41,208 nt of DNA, taken from NCBI GenBank assembly GCA_002269645.1, contig NIVC01004589.1, positions 1 to 41,208 on the forward strand, written 5' to 3'. Each line of letters opens with the position of its first letter. Position 1 is the stretch's first letter. Position numbers and translations under genes: made by a program. The notes under the pieces are model-generated. The model was not told the DNA's origin and did no database searches. It saw only the letters and a list, made by a program, of their open reading frames with translations. Positions 1 through 10,503 of the stretch are shown piece by piece. The DNA comes from Macrostomum lignano (lineage: Eukaryota).

Positions 1-182
1 GGCATGGTTAGCGGAGCTGACAGAGAGGGTTTAATGAATGTACATTTCGGGCGAAGGCATTGTTAGGGAGCTGGCGGGGCGGGTTCAAACAAGGACCACT
101 AGAATTACCATTGTATAACACTGTTACTTCTACAAGCGTAGTGATCCTTGGTTCAAATTCTTCCACTTTAATGATTTTCCAG

Positions 183-612
183 ACCCGGAGCAGACCGAGT
201 GGAGCTACACAGGCGCCATAAAGCTGTTCGGCATCCCTATAGCGGCTACCTGTCCACCTACGCCGGCGGTGGCTACGTGGCTCGCTGGGCAAATCTGCCG
301 TAGAAGCCAAACAGATGACCGAATACCTGCGCAACAACAGCTGGATTGACAAGCACACTAGGGCCGTGTCTTCGAGTTTCTGATCTACAATCCCAATACG
401 AATCTGTTCACCTTTTCGAGATTCTGTTTGAAGCTTTCAACGGTGGCGGTTTTGTCAAGTATCCTCAGGTGTACACTCTGCGGCTGAATCGCTACGTTGG
501 AGCCAACGGGGCCTTCTTTATGGCAGTCGACATCCTGTCCCTGATCTTCATTGTGTTCTTCGTGTACAGGGAGTGCAAGGAGCTGCACAAGCTCGGTTGC
601 CTGTACTTTCGG
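183..612 (+). CDS. Polycystin (PKD1-like) channel-domain gene, internal exon; four -1 frameshifts in this sequence
   Basis: Acceptor ttttccAG at 181-182, donor GTAAGG at 613. Across frame changes at ~239, ~283, ~369 and ~416 it reads DPEQTEWSYTG..SGYLSTYAGGGYV..LGKSAVEAKQMTEYLRNNSWIDKHTRAV.FEFLIYNPNTNLFT..EILFEAFNGGGFVKYPQVYTLRLNRY..RECKELHKLGCLYFR, matching the polycystin TOP-domain motifs YxGGGY and WIDxxTRAVFxEFxxYNxNxNLF. Confidence 0.85.
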
Positions 613-705
613 GTAAGGCTGCCCGCCGTCTCAGTGGCAATTCGCTGCTAGAGACAGAATGCTTGGGGAATTCCTGGTTCGGTTATTGGGAACAGATTTG
701 TCGGG

Positions 706-1351
706 GGGGATTCCTTGCTCACCCTGGTTTCGCTAATAGAGTTATCTAAGGGGAATTCCTTGCTCACTCTAATTTGGCTAATAGAGTTATCCAAGGGGAA
801 TTCCTTGCTCAATCTGATTTGGCTAATAGAGTTATCTAAGGGGAATTCCTTGCTCAACCTGGTTTGGCTAATAGAGTTATCTAAGGGGAATTCCTTGCTC
901 AATCTGATTTGGCTAATAGAGTTATCCAAGGGGAATTCCTTGCTCAATCTGATTTGGCTAATAGAGTTATCTAAGGGGAATTCCTTGCTCAACCTGGTTT
1001 GGCTAATAGAGTTATCCAAGGGGAATTCCTTGCTCACTCTAATTTGGCTAATAGAGTTATCCAAGGGGAATTCCTTGCTCAATCTGATTTGGCTAATAGA
1101 GTTATCTAAGGGGAATTCCTTGCTCAATCTGATTTGGCTAATAGAGTTATTAAGGGGAATTCCTTGCTCAATCTGATTTGGCTAATAGAGTTATCTAAGG
1201 GGAATTCCTTGCTCAATCTGATTTGGCTAATAGAGTTATCTAAGGGGAATTCCTTGCTCAACCTGGTTTGGCTAATAGAGTTATCTAAGGGGAATTCCTT
1301 GCTCAATCTGATTTGGCTAATAGAGTTATCCAAGGGGAATTCCTTGCTCAA
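706..1351. repeat. Intronic tandem array, 45 bp unit, ~14 copies
   Basis: Unit gggaattccttgctcaatctgatttggctaatagagttatctaag repeated head to tail; explains the 15-aa periodic ORFs on both strands. Confidence 0.97.
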
Positions 1352-1570
1352 TCGAGTTTAGGTGCGAGGGGATTCCATACGCCTTAAATAAAATGGCAGC
1401 TATACTCGTATAGTAAGTATCTGACTTAAGTTACTTGTCTTAGCTGTTTAATTTACAAATTAATTAAGGCTGAGCATGTCATTGTGTATACCCATACCTG
1501 TGTTAAAATATTGCTCAATTATGCATACTGAAAATATGAAATTTCTCGCATGCCAACTACTAATCTGCAG

Positions 1571-1729
1571 GACGTGTTCAACGTCATGGACTTCCTGCTA
1601 CTGATCTTCTCCTGCATAGAAGTGGTCCTGTTCATCATCAAGATCACCGCCCAGCAGGGGGTGTCCTACTTCATGAAGAAGTACCCGGAAAGATTCATCA
1701 ATTTCCAGTGGCTGATACTGTGGGCTCAG
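1571..1729 (+). CDS. Polycystin (PKD1-like) gene, internal exon (TM segments)
   Basis: ctgcAG|GACGTG...GCTCAG|GTtggt, 159 nt, phase 0/0; DVFNVMDFLLLIFSCIEVVLFIIKITAQQGVSYFMKKYPERFINFQWLILWAQ. Confidence 0.88.
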
Positions 1730-1800
1730 GTTGGTGGAATTGTTGAAGGTGTTGGTGTTGGAGTGAAGTGGGTCGAGGAGTAGGGTGGGTGAAGTTACAT

Positions 1801-2122
1801 GGGTGAAGGAGTGAGGTGGGTGAAGGAGTGAGGTTGGGTGAAGGAGTGAGGTTGGGTGAAGGAGTGAGGTGGGTGAAGGAGTGAGGTGGTGAAGGAGTGA
1901 GGTGGGTGAAGGAGTGAGGTGGGTGAAGGAGTGAGGTGGGTGAAGGAGTGAGGTGGGTGAAGGAGTGAGGTGGGTGAAGGAGTGAGGTGGGTGAAGGAGT
2001 GAGGTGGGTGAAGGAGTGAGGTGGGTGAAGGAGTGAGGTGGGTGAAGGAGTGAGGTGGGTGAAGGAGTGAGGTGGGTGAAGGAGTGAGGTGGGTGAAGGA
2101 GTGAGGTGGGTGAAGGAGTGAG
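1801..2122. repeat. Intronic G-rich tandem array, 17 bp unit, ~19 copies
   Basis: Unit gtgaggtgggtgaagga; degenerate copies extend left to ~1760. Confidence 0.97.
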
Positions 2123-2181
2123 AATAATTGTGACAGCCCACTGAAAGCCAGTTATAACAAATCTCCCGCACTCTGCTGCAG

Positions 2182-2437
2182 ATGAACCAGCTATTCCTTG
2201 GCCTGGTTGTCTTCGTGTTCACCATCCGATTCCTTCGCCTGCTGTCCTTCAACCGCAAGATGATGATGCTGGGCTACGTGCTGAAGACGGCGGCTAAGCC
2301 TCTCGGCTACTTCCTGGTGGTCTTCTTCATCATGTTCTTCGCCTTCGTTCAGCTCGGCTACTTTATGTTCAACGTCAAGGTCGAGAGCTTCAAGTCGCTG
2401 ATCAACTGCATTGAGACGCTAGGAGTGATGACGCTGA
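2182..2437 (+). CDS. Polycystin (PKD1-like) gene, internal exon (S4-S5 and pore helix)
   Basis: ctgcAG|ATGAAC...CTGA|GTGAGT; MNQLFLGLVVFVFTIRFLRLLSFNRKMMMLGYVLKTAAKPLGYFLVVFFIMFFAFVQLGYFMF..ETLGVMTL; phase-1 end matches the next exon. Confidence 0.9.
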
Positions 2438-3222
2438 GTGAGTGTCAAAGGGGGAGGGGCAGCTTCCATATTTTGTCTGTCTTAGTGAATCTGACCTGGC
2501 CTATTTGTGTTCTACGTCGTAGTTTGGTTGCGACAAGTCAAAAGTCGAAATGGCATCAAATGGCGTACAAATTCTGATGAAAAGTACCAGGCCTAGAACA
2601 GTGGCGTTTCATTGCAAAAGCGGATAGCAATTCGCACTCGATGTGCCCGAAAGAAAGTAGGCTAAATGCAGAACCTCAAGATCTCTGGTCAGGATCAAAG
2701 ACTTTACGAGCTGATCGACTGCCGAGGGCTGGACAGTGGCGGCGGGCGGGAAACGCGTTGCATTAAATCAATGGGCTTTTTACCATAGACATTCTCAGCT
2801 GCCTTTCGTTTGAAACCTCGTTATAGTACTCGTTATAGAATACATTGAAGTAGATGGTATTTTACCATAGACAGTCTCAGTGGGCCGTGAAACGTGGTTT
2901 CACGCCGGCTAACTATAACACTAATATGGATGGGCTACGCTCCTCGGCATTATAGCTCGTTTCTGCCCTCTGCAGCCCATCAATATTGGTATATTTCAGC
3001 ACGAGTCGGCTAAGATCATGGATCATGGAAAAACTCGATCGCTAGAAGCTGATCTTTTTGGGGATTGCCGTTGAAAACTGCAATACTACTTACTACTAAT
3101 CACTTTATCAATCAAGATGAACTTTGTTCAATAATTTGACTGTTCATAAGCTCTATACTGATTAGCACGTCTTTGAGATGGCACACACTGACTGACTGAC
3201 TGCTCGGCGATTCACCTTTCAG

Positions 3223-3492
3223 ACAAATTCGACTTCACCACCTTCGTCGTCGGCGGCGGCCAGCTCGGAATGGTGTTCTTCTTCGTCTACATGGTGTTTG
3301 TCTCCTTCGTGCTGATCAACTTCTTCATCACCATTATTAACGTGTCATTCAGCCAGGTGAAGCAGAGCTGGGGCGAAACCAGGAACAAATACGATATCGT
3401 GGACTACGTGGTTAAATCGATTAAATCGGTGTTCGGCATCAATCCGCAAAAGCGGCTGAACCATATCGACCATCAGTTCGCCTACATGGCTG
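3223..3492 (+). CDS. Polycystin (PKD1-like) gene, penultimate exon (S6 and proximal tail)
   Basis: ctttcAG|ACAAATTC...GCTG|GTgggt; (N)KFDFTTFVVGGGQLGMVFFFVYMVFVSFVLINFFITIINVSFSQVKQ..NKYDIVDYVVKSIK; S6 motif INFFITII. Confidence 0.88.
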
Positions 3493-3588
3493 GTGGGTTG
3501 CTTGATTCTGTTGAATTTACTGCTATTGCGTTTAGGGAATAGGCGAGCGACTGACGGAATGAACCTCTGTTACTGGAGGGGTGAGCTA

Positions 3589-3896
3589 GGGAGCCGTAGC
3601 CCTGCGGCCCAGGCTCGATTCCCAGTGCAGTATCATTAATTTGGGGCTAAAAAATGCAATCTGGCTTGGCTCTGCTCGTGCAATGAACGGCCTTGAGGAC
3701 CAACCCCCCCCCCAAGGCACAGTGAAGTGTACATGCCTAACGATAAATAAAGTTAGGACCGCTGTACACTCCTGTGTGAGTGTGTGCCTGTGCGTATGAC
3801 TGCGTATGTATCCGCGCGTTGTGTGCGCTGCCCGGGGGAGTCGCGGAATGGGCAGCAATGCCTCTCGCCGGTTGTGTGACAATGTCGCCTAAAGTG
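3589..3896 (+). mobile_element. tRNA-derived SINE (family A), copy with a deletion in the head
   Basis: GGGAGCCGTAGCCC..GGCTCGATTCC (B-box-like) head; central GTGTACATGCCTAACGATAAATAAAGTTAGGACCGCTGTACAC; body nearly identical to the inverted copy at 4905-5202. Confidence 0.8.
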
Positions 3897-4084
3897 AGGG
3901 AGTGAGCTATTATGTGATTGACCTAGTTTAATGAATGATTGAGCATAAACAGATCGTCTTTAAAGCCATTCTCACTCGATCTCATTCAAATTGCTGGTTG
4001 TCAATATTAACCTGTGAGATGGAGGTGAATATCTCAAAGCCGTACTTCAGTGGACTGACTACCTTCAAAAAATGCCACTTGCAG

Positions 4085-4242
4085 AGACGTCGAAGTTCGA
4101 GCAGCAGGTGGAGGAACTGGACGACAAGCTATTCGAGCTGGAGTTCTACATCCGCAATATGGGCATATTGAACGGGCAGGAGCTGCAGGAGTCGGCCACA
4201 GCCAAGAAGCGAGTCAAGGGCAAGGTGTTCCTTAGCGAGTAA
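4085..4242 (+). CDS. Polycystin (PKD1-like) gene, last coding exon (coiled-coil-like tail)
   Basis: cttgcAG|AGACG; phase 1 gives (E)TSKFEQQVEELDDKLFELEFYIRNMGILNGQELQESATAKKRVKGKVFLSE, TAA at 4240-4242. Confidence 0.8.
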
Positions 4243-4904
4243 CTTAGGCGAGTCTTCAGTATATGGAATCGAACAGTGTTTTTGGAAGCGGAATGCACTT
4301 GAAAAACGTATGACTGAAATGCTTAATTAAAACCTTGATAAACTAAAAGGATAAACAGAAGTTCAAATTTAATAAGAATAAAACAATAAATAATTTTTGC
4401 AGTTAGAATTTGTCTGGCTCATATACTGTATAAACACATCTTTAAAAATTGTCCTTGCAACCAAGAATTCATTTTCACATAAATATGATCTATCAATTTT
4501 TCTGTTTATTACGCATCCCGCTGGCAAAGAGTTTCTATAAACGTAGATTTTCTTATTTTTGTTTAAAACTGACACAGCCTAGAGAATATTGTAACACTTT
4601 TATCTCTTCTCCAAAATTTTTAAGACTTGCTGCTATGCTACTACTGCCAATAGCTGTTTGCAAAGGCATGCACAATTTAAAAGTAAAATACTTTTCTTAG
4701 AGGTTCCCAAAACAAGTCTGAATAAAAACACATTGTCAATAACGGTTTTTGAACTGGAAAAAGGATGGACATTTATCTTATCGTACATCCTATATATGCC
4801 CTATTTTTCCTCTATTGAAAATTTTAAAGACGCAAATAAACGAGCAATATTTTTCCTGCATCGCAAAATAGCATCTTTTTTATCAAACTTCTTTGAAGGG
4901 ACTT

Positions 4905-5202
4905 GAAGATTATTTTTTTATTGGAGTCATGGGGCTTGGCGCACTTTAACGACATTGTCACACAACCGGCGAGAGGCATTACTGCCCATTCCGCCGACTC
5001 CCCTGAGCAGCGCACACAAGCGCGCGGATACGTACGCAGTCATACGCGCAGGCACACACTCACACAGGAGTGTACAGCGGCCCTAACTTTATTTATCGTT
5101 AGGCATGTACACTAACTCCAATTTAATGCGACTGCACTTGGAATCGAGCCTGGGCCGCTGGCCACATAAGAGCGCCGCGCTATACTACTGGGCTACGGCC
5201 CC
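4905..5202 (-). mobile_element. tRNA-derived SINE (family A) with target-site duplication
   Basis: Minus strand: GGGGCCGTAGCCCAGTAGTATAGCGCGG..GGCTCGATTCCAAG head, shared central domain, A-rich tail (CCAATAAAAAAATAAT). Flanked by the 13 bp direct repeat TTTGAAGG[G/A]ACTT at 4892-4904 and 5203-5215. Confidence 0.88.
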
Positions 5203-5231
5203 TTTGAAGGAACTTTGTGATCTAAGATCTT

Positions 5232-5830
5232 GAGGATCTGGGAGGCTGGCTGCCCAGCCTGAGGATCTGGGAGGCTGGCTGCTCAGCCTGAGGATCTGGG
5301 AGGCTGGCTGCTCAGCCTGAGGATCTGGGAGGCTGGCTGCTCAGCCTGAGGATCTGGAAGGCTGGCTGCTCAGCCTGAGGATCTAGGAGGCTGGCTGCTC
5401 AGTCTGAGGATCTGGAGGCTGGCTGCTCAGCCTGAGGATCTAGGAAGCTGGCTGCTCAGCCTGAGGATCTAGGAGGCTGGCTGCTCAGCCTGAGGATCTA
5501 GGAGGCTGGCTGCTCAGCCTGAGGATCTAGGAGGCTGGCTGCTCAGCCTGAGGATCTAGGAGGCTGGCTGCTCAGCCTGAGGATCTAGGAGGCTGGCTGC
5601 TCAGCCTGAGGATCTAGGAGGCTGGCTGCTCAGCCTGAGGATCTAGGAGGCTGGCTGCCCAGCCTGAGGATCTAGGAGGCTGGCTGCTCAGCCTGAGGAT
5701 CTAGGAGGCTGCCTGCTCAGCCTGAGGATCTGGGAGGCTGGCTGCTCAGCCTGAGGATCTGGGAGGCTGGCTGCTCAGCCTGAGGATCTGGGAGGCTGGC
5801 TGCTCAGCCTGAGGATCTGGAAGGCTGCTC
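5232..5830. repeat. Tandem array, 29 bp unit, ~20 copies
   Basis: Unit gaggatctaggaggctggctgctcagcct. Confidence 0.97.
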
Positions 5831-5979
5831 TTACGAGTCAGTCAAAGCACCTTGGCGACTCGCCAAGCAAACAACATGCCTCTAAAATGAATGAGCGGAG
5901 GCAAAACAGAAGCAAAAAAAGCTTTTTTTCAATCCAGTGCGCCAAAGCGAAGGCAGCAAAATCGCAAATTTGCGGACAA

Positions 5980-5985
5980 TTTATT
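5980..5985 (-). promoter_or_regulatory. Candidate polyadenylation signal of RPS11
   Basis: TTTATT on + (AATAAA on -), about 100 nt downstream of the RPS11 stop. Confidence 0.45.
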
Positions 5986-6086
5986 TATATTCACTTTCAA
6001 CTGATCTTTTTTCACTCCACGGGAGCCAGAGTCAATATTTTGTCATTAAACGTTAGTTAATCCCATTCCTCATAAGAAATCCACCT

Positions 6087-6533
6087 TTAGAACTTCTGGA
6101 AGGAGGTCTTCTTGCTGCCGCCGCGAGCTTTGCTCACCTTGATGACATTGAATGAGACGGTCTTGCTCAGCGGTCGGCACTCGCCAACCGTCACAATGTC
6201 ACCGAGCTCAACGTCGCGAAAGCAGGGCGACAGGTGCACGGACATGTTCTTGTGCCGCTTCTCGTAGCGCTGGTACTTTTGCACAAAGTGCAGATAGTCT
6301 CTGCGGATCACGATGGTGCGCTGCATCTTCATCTTAGTAACCACGCCCGTGAAGATGCGGCCGCGAATGTGCACGTTGCCAGTGAATGGGCACTTCTTGT
6401 CAACGTAGCTGCCTTCGATGGCTTCGCGCGGCGTCTTGAAGCCCAGGCCGACATTCTTCACGTAGTGATTGCGGCGGCCCTTCTTGCCGCGCACCTCCTG
6501 CTTCTGGAAGGCTCGCTCGTTCAGTTCGGCCAT
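6087..6533 (-). CDS. RPS11: 40S ribosomal protein S11 (uS17), intronless, 148 aa
   Basis: [116 protein letters not shown]. The ATG at 6533 aligns with the known N-terminus; the extra 33 codons in the ORF track run into repeat sequence. Confidence 0.96.
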   Translation of the reverse strand: MAELNERAFQKQEVRGKKGRRNHYVKNVGLGFKTPREAIEGSYVDKKCPFTGNVHIRGRIFTGVVTKMKMQRTIVIRRDYLHFVQKYQRYEKRHKNMSVHLSPCFRDVELGDIVTVGECRPLSKTVSFNVIKVSKARGGSKKTSFQKF

Positions 6534-6629
6534 GCTGTTTTCGTTAGCTTGCCTCGCATGAAGGTGCGAAATTCGATTGAATGCTTTATGCACTAATAGA
6601 CAATCTGCCTGTACTAAATGTCTAATCCA

Positions 6630-7171
6630 CATGTACTAAACACCTAATTCACCTGTACTAGATGTTCAATCCACCTTTACTAGATGTTTAAGTATCTTCA
6701 ACAGCTTAAGTAAGATCCACCTGTACTAAACACCTAATACACCTGTACTGAATACCTAATCCACATGTAATAAACGCCTAATCCACCTGTACTAGATGTT
6801 CAATCCACCTTTACTAGATGTTTAAGTATCTTAAACAGCTTAAGTAAGATCCACCTGTACTAAACACCTAATACACCTGTACTGAATACCTAATCCACAT
6901 GTACTAGATGTTCAATCCACCTTTACTAGATGTTTAAGTATCTTAAACAGCTTAAGTAAGATCCACCTGTACTAAACACCTAATACACCTGTACTGAATA
7001 CCTAATCCACATGTAATAAACGCCTAATCCACCTGTACTAGATGTTCAATCCACCTTTACTAGATGTTTAAGTATCTTAAACAGCTTAAGTAAGATCCAC
7101 CTGTACTAAACACCTAATACACCTGTACTGAATACCTAATCCACATGTACTAGATGTTCAATTCACCTTTA
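6630..7171. repeat. Higher-order repeat built from 22 bp monomers (left part, interrupted by insertion)
   Basis: Marker gcttaagtaagat starts at 6704, 6838, 6950 and 7084 (spacings 134, 112, 134); monomers such as cctaatccacctgtactaaa. Confidence 0.9.
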
Positions 7172-7283
7172 CTAGTGAATGAAGACGCTGTCGTCTTCAA
7201 AGGTGGGACGATGGTTTATATTGTGTCCATTATTGTTTATGGCTATGACATCTATTTATTTAACCTAAATTGAGAGCTAAAAA

Positions 7284-10209
7284 GCCCCCACGCTCCTGGC
7301 ATTAGTTAGTCTAGTAATATAGTGGGGGACTGGCCGCCCCCACGCCCCTGGCATTAGTTAGTCTAGTGGTATAGTGGGGGCTGGCCGCCCCCCACGCCCC
7401 TGGCATTAGTTAGTCTAGTGGTATAGTGGGGGCTGGCCGCCCCCACGCCCCTGGCATTAGTTAGTCTAGTGGTATAGTGGGGGCTGGCCGCCCCCACGCC
7501 CCTGGCATTTATTAGTCTAGTGGTATAGTGGGGGCTGCCGCCCCCACGCCCCTGGCATTAGTTAGTCTAGTGGTATAGTGGGGGGCTGGCCACCCCCACG
7601 CCCCTGGCATTAGTTAGTCTAGTGGTATAGTGGGGGCTGGCCGCCCCCCACGCCCCTGGCATTAGTTAGTCTAGTGGTATAGTGGGGGGCTGGCCGCCCC
7701 CCACGCCCCTGGCATTAGTTAGTCTAGTGGTATAGTGGGGGGCTGGCCGCCCCCCACGCCCCTGGCATTAGTTAGTCTAGTGGTATAGTGGGGGGCTGGC
7801 CGCCCCCACGCCCCTGGCATTAGTTAGTCTAGTGGTATAGTGGTATAGTGGGGGGCTGCCGCCCCCCACGCCCCTGGCATTAGTTAGTCTAGTGGTATAG
7901 TGGGGGGCTGGCCGCCCCCCACGCCCCTGGCATTAGTTAGTCTAGTGGTATAGTGGGGGCTGGCCGCCCCCCACGCCCCTGGCATTAGTTAGTCTAGTGG
8001 TATAGTGGGGGGCTGGCCCCCCCACGCCCCTGGCATTAGTTAGTCTAGTGGTATAGTGGGGGGCTGGCCACCCCCACGCCCCTGGCATTAGTTAGTCTAG
8101 TGGTATAGTGGGGGGCTGGCCGCCCCCACGCCCCTGGCATTAGTTAGTCTAGTGGTATAGTGGGGGGCTGGCCGCCCCCACGCCCCTGGCATTAGTTAGT
8201 CTAGTGGTATAGTGGGGGGCTGGCCGCCCCCACGCCCCTGGCATTAGTTAGTCTAGTGGTATAGTGGGGGGCTGGCCGCCCCCACGCCCCTGGCATTAGT
8301 TAGTCTAGTGGTATAGTGGGGGGCTGGCCGCCCCCCACGCCCCTGGCATTAGTTAGTCTAGTGGTATAGTGGTATAGTGGGGGGCTGCCGCCCCCCACGC
8401 CCCTGGCATTAGTTAGTCTAGTGGTATAGTGGGGGCTGGCCGCCCCCCACGCCCCTGGCATTAGTTAGTCTAGTGGTATAGTGGGGGCTGGCCGCCCCCC
8501 ACGCCCCTGGCATTAGTTAGTCTAGTGGTATAGTGGGGGCTGGCCGCCCCCCAGCCCCTGGCATTAGTTAGTCTAGTGGTATAGTGGGGGCTGGCCGCCC
8601 CCCACGCCCCTGGCATTAGTTAGTCTAGTGGTATAGTGGGGGCTGGCCGCCCCCACGCCCCTGGCATTAGTTAGTCTAGTGGTATAGTGGGGGCTGGCCA
8701 CCCCCCACGCCCCTGGCATTAGTTAGTCTAGTGGTATAGTGGGGGCTGGCCCCCCCACGCCCCTGGCATTAGTTAGTCTAGTGGTATAGTGGGGGCTGGC
8801 CGCCCCCACGCCCCTGGCATTAGTTAGTCTAGTGGTATAGTGGGGGGCTGGCCGCCCCCCACGCCCCTGGCATTAGTTAGTCTAGTGGTATAGTGGGGGG
8901 CTGGCCGCCCCCCACGCCCCTGGCATTAGTTAGTCTAGTGGTATAGTGGGGGCTGGCCGCCCCCCACGCCCCTGGCATTAGTTAGTCTAGTGGTATAGTG
9001 GGGGCTGGCCGCCCCCCACGCCCCTGGCATTAGTTAGTCTAGTGGTATAGTGGGGGCTGGCCGCCCCCACGCCCCTGGCATTAGTTAGTCTAGTGGTATA
9101 GTGGGGGCTGGCCGCCCCCACGCCCCTGGCATTAGTTAGTCTAGTGGTATAGTGGGGGGCTGGCCCCCCCACGCCCCTGGCATTAGTTAGTCTAGTGGTA
9201 TAGTGGGGGGCTGGCCGCCCCCACGCCCCTGGCATTAGTTAGTCTAGTGGTATAGTGGGGGCTGGCCGCCCCCACGCCCCTGGCATTAGTTAGTCTAGTG
9301 GTATAGTGGGGGGCTGGCCGCCCCCCACGCCCCTGGCATTAGTTAGTCTAGTGGTATAGTGGTATAGTGGGGGCTGGCCGCCCCCACCCCTGGCATTAGT
9401 TAGTCTAGTGGTATAGTGGGGGCTGGCCGCCCCCACGCCCCTGGCATTAGTTAGTCTAGTGGTATAGTGGGGGGCTGGCCGCCCCCCACGCCCCTGGCAT
9501 TAGTTAGTCTAGTGGTATAGTGGGGGCTGGCCGCCCCCCACGCCCCTGGCATTAGTTAGTCTAGTGGTATAGTGGGGGCTGGCCGCCCCCCACGCCCCTG
9601 GCATTAGTTAGTCTAGTGGTATAGTGGGGGCTGGCCCCCCCACGCCCCTGGCATTAGTTAGTCTAGTGGTATAGTGGGGGGCTGGCCGCCCCCCACGCCC
9701 CTGGCATTAGTTAGTCTAGTGGTATAGTGGGGGCTGGCCGCCCCCCACGCCCCTGGCATTAGTTAGTCTAGTGGTATAGTGGGGGCTGGCCGCCCCCCAC
9801 GCCCCTGGCATTATTAGTCTAGTGGTATAGTGGGGGCTGGCCGCCCCCACGCCCCTGGCATTAGTTTCTAGTGGTATAGTGGGGGCTGGCCGCCCCCCAC
9901 GCCCCTGGCATTAGTTAGTCTAGTGGTATAGTGGGGGCTGGCCGCCCCCCACGCCCTGGCATTAGTTAGTCTAGTGGTATAGTGGGGGCTGGCCGCCCCC
10001 ACGCCCCTGGCATTAGTTAGTCTAGTGGTATAGTGGGGGCTGGCCGCCCCCCACGCCACTGGCATTAGTTAGTCTAGTGGTATAGTGGGGGCTGGCCGCC
10101 CCCACACCCCTGGCATTAGTTTCTCTAGTGGTATAGTGGGGAGTTGGCCGCCCCCACGCCCCTGGCATTAGTTTGTCGAGTGGTATAGTGGAGGGCTGGC
10201 CGCCCCCAC
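7284..10209. repeat. Minisatellite, 51-53 bp unit, ~56 copies, inside element copy A
   Basis: Unit gtggtatagtggggg(g)ctggccgccccc(c)acgcccctggcattagttagtcta; length variation lies mostly in the G and C runs. Confidence 0.97.
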
Positions 10210-10503
10210 ACCCCCGCTCCCCCACCCCTCCGCGCGTTGTTGTTGGGGAGGGTGGTTGTTGTTGTGGGGTTTGCGTAACGTGGGGGCTGCCGCCCCCACA
10301 CCCCCGCTCCCCCACCCCTCCGCGCGTTGTTGTTGGGGAGGGTGGTTGTTGTTGTGGGGTTTGCGTAACGTGGGGGCTGCCGCCCCCACACCCCCGCTCC
10401 CCCACCCCTCCCGCACATTGTTGTTGGGGAGGGTGGTTGTTGTTGTGGGGTTTGCGTAACGTGGGGGCTGCCGCCCCCACACCCCCGCTCCCCACCCCAC
10501 CCC
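10192..10503. repeat. 90-91 bp tandem repeat, 3 copies plus partial, inside copy A
   Basis: cccccgctcc marker at 10211, 10301, 10391 and 10482; shares the GGGGGCTG..CCGCCCCCAC core with the minisatellite. Confidence 0.9.

Noticed and set aside
648-1361. Four ORFs of 75-159 aa on both strands with 15-aa periodicity
   Set aside because: Translations of the 45 bp intronic array; the unit length is a multiple of 3 and happens to lack stops in those frames.
1698-2258. 186 aa His/Pro/Ser/Thr-rich ORF on the minus strand
   Set aside because: Antisense reading of the 17 bp array and adjacent polycystin exons.
6060-6090. Poly(A) tail and TSD that would prove RPS11 is a processed retrocopy
   Set aside because: No genomic A-tract or flanking direct repeat was found, so retrocopy status is left open.
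6534-6632. 33-aa N-terminal extension of RPS11 in the ORF track
   Set aside because: No similarity to uS17, runs into the 22 bp repeat, and the ATG at 6533 matches the conserved start.
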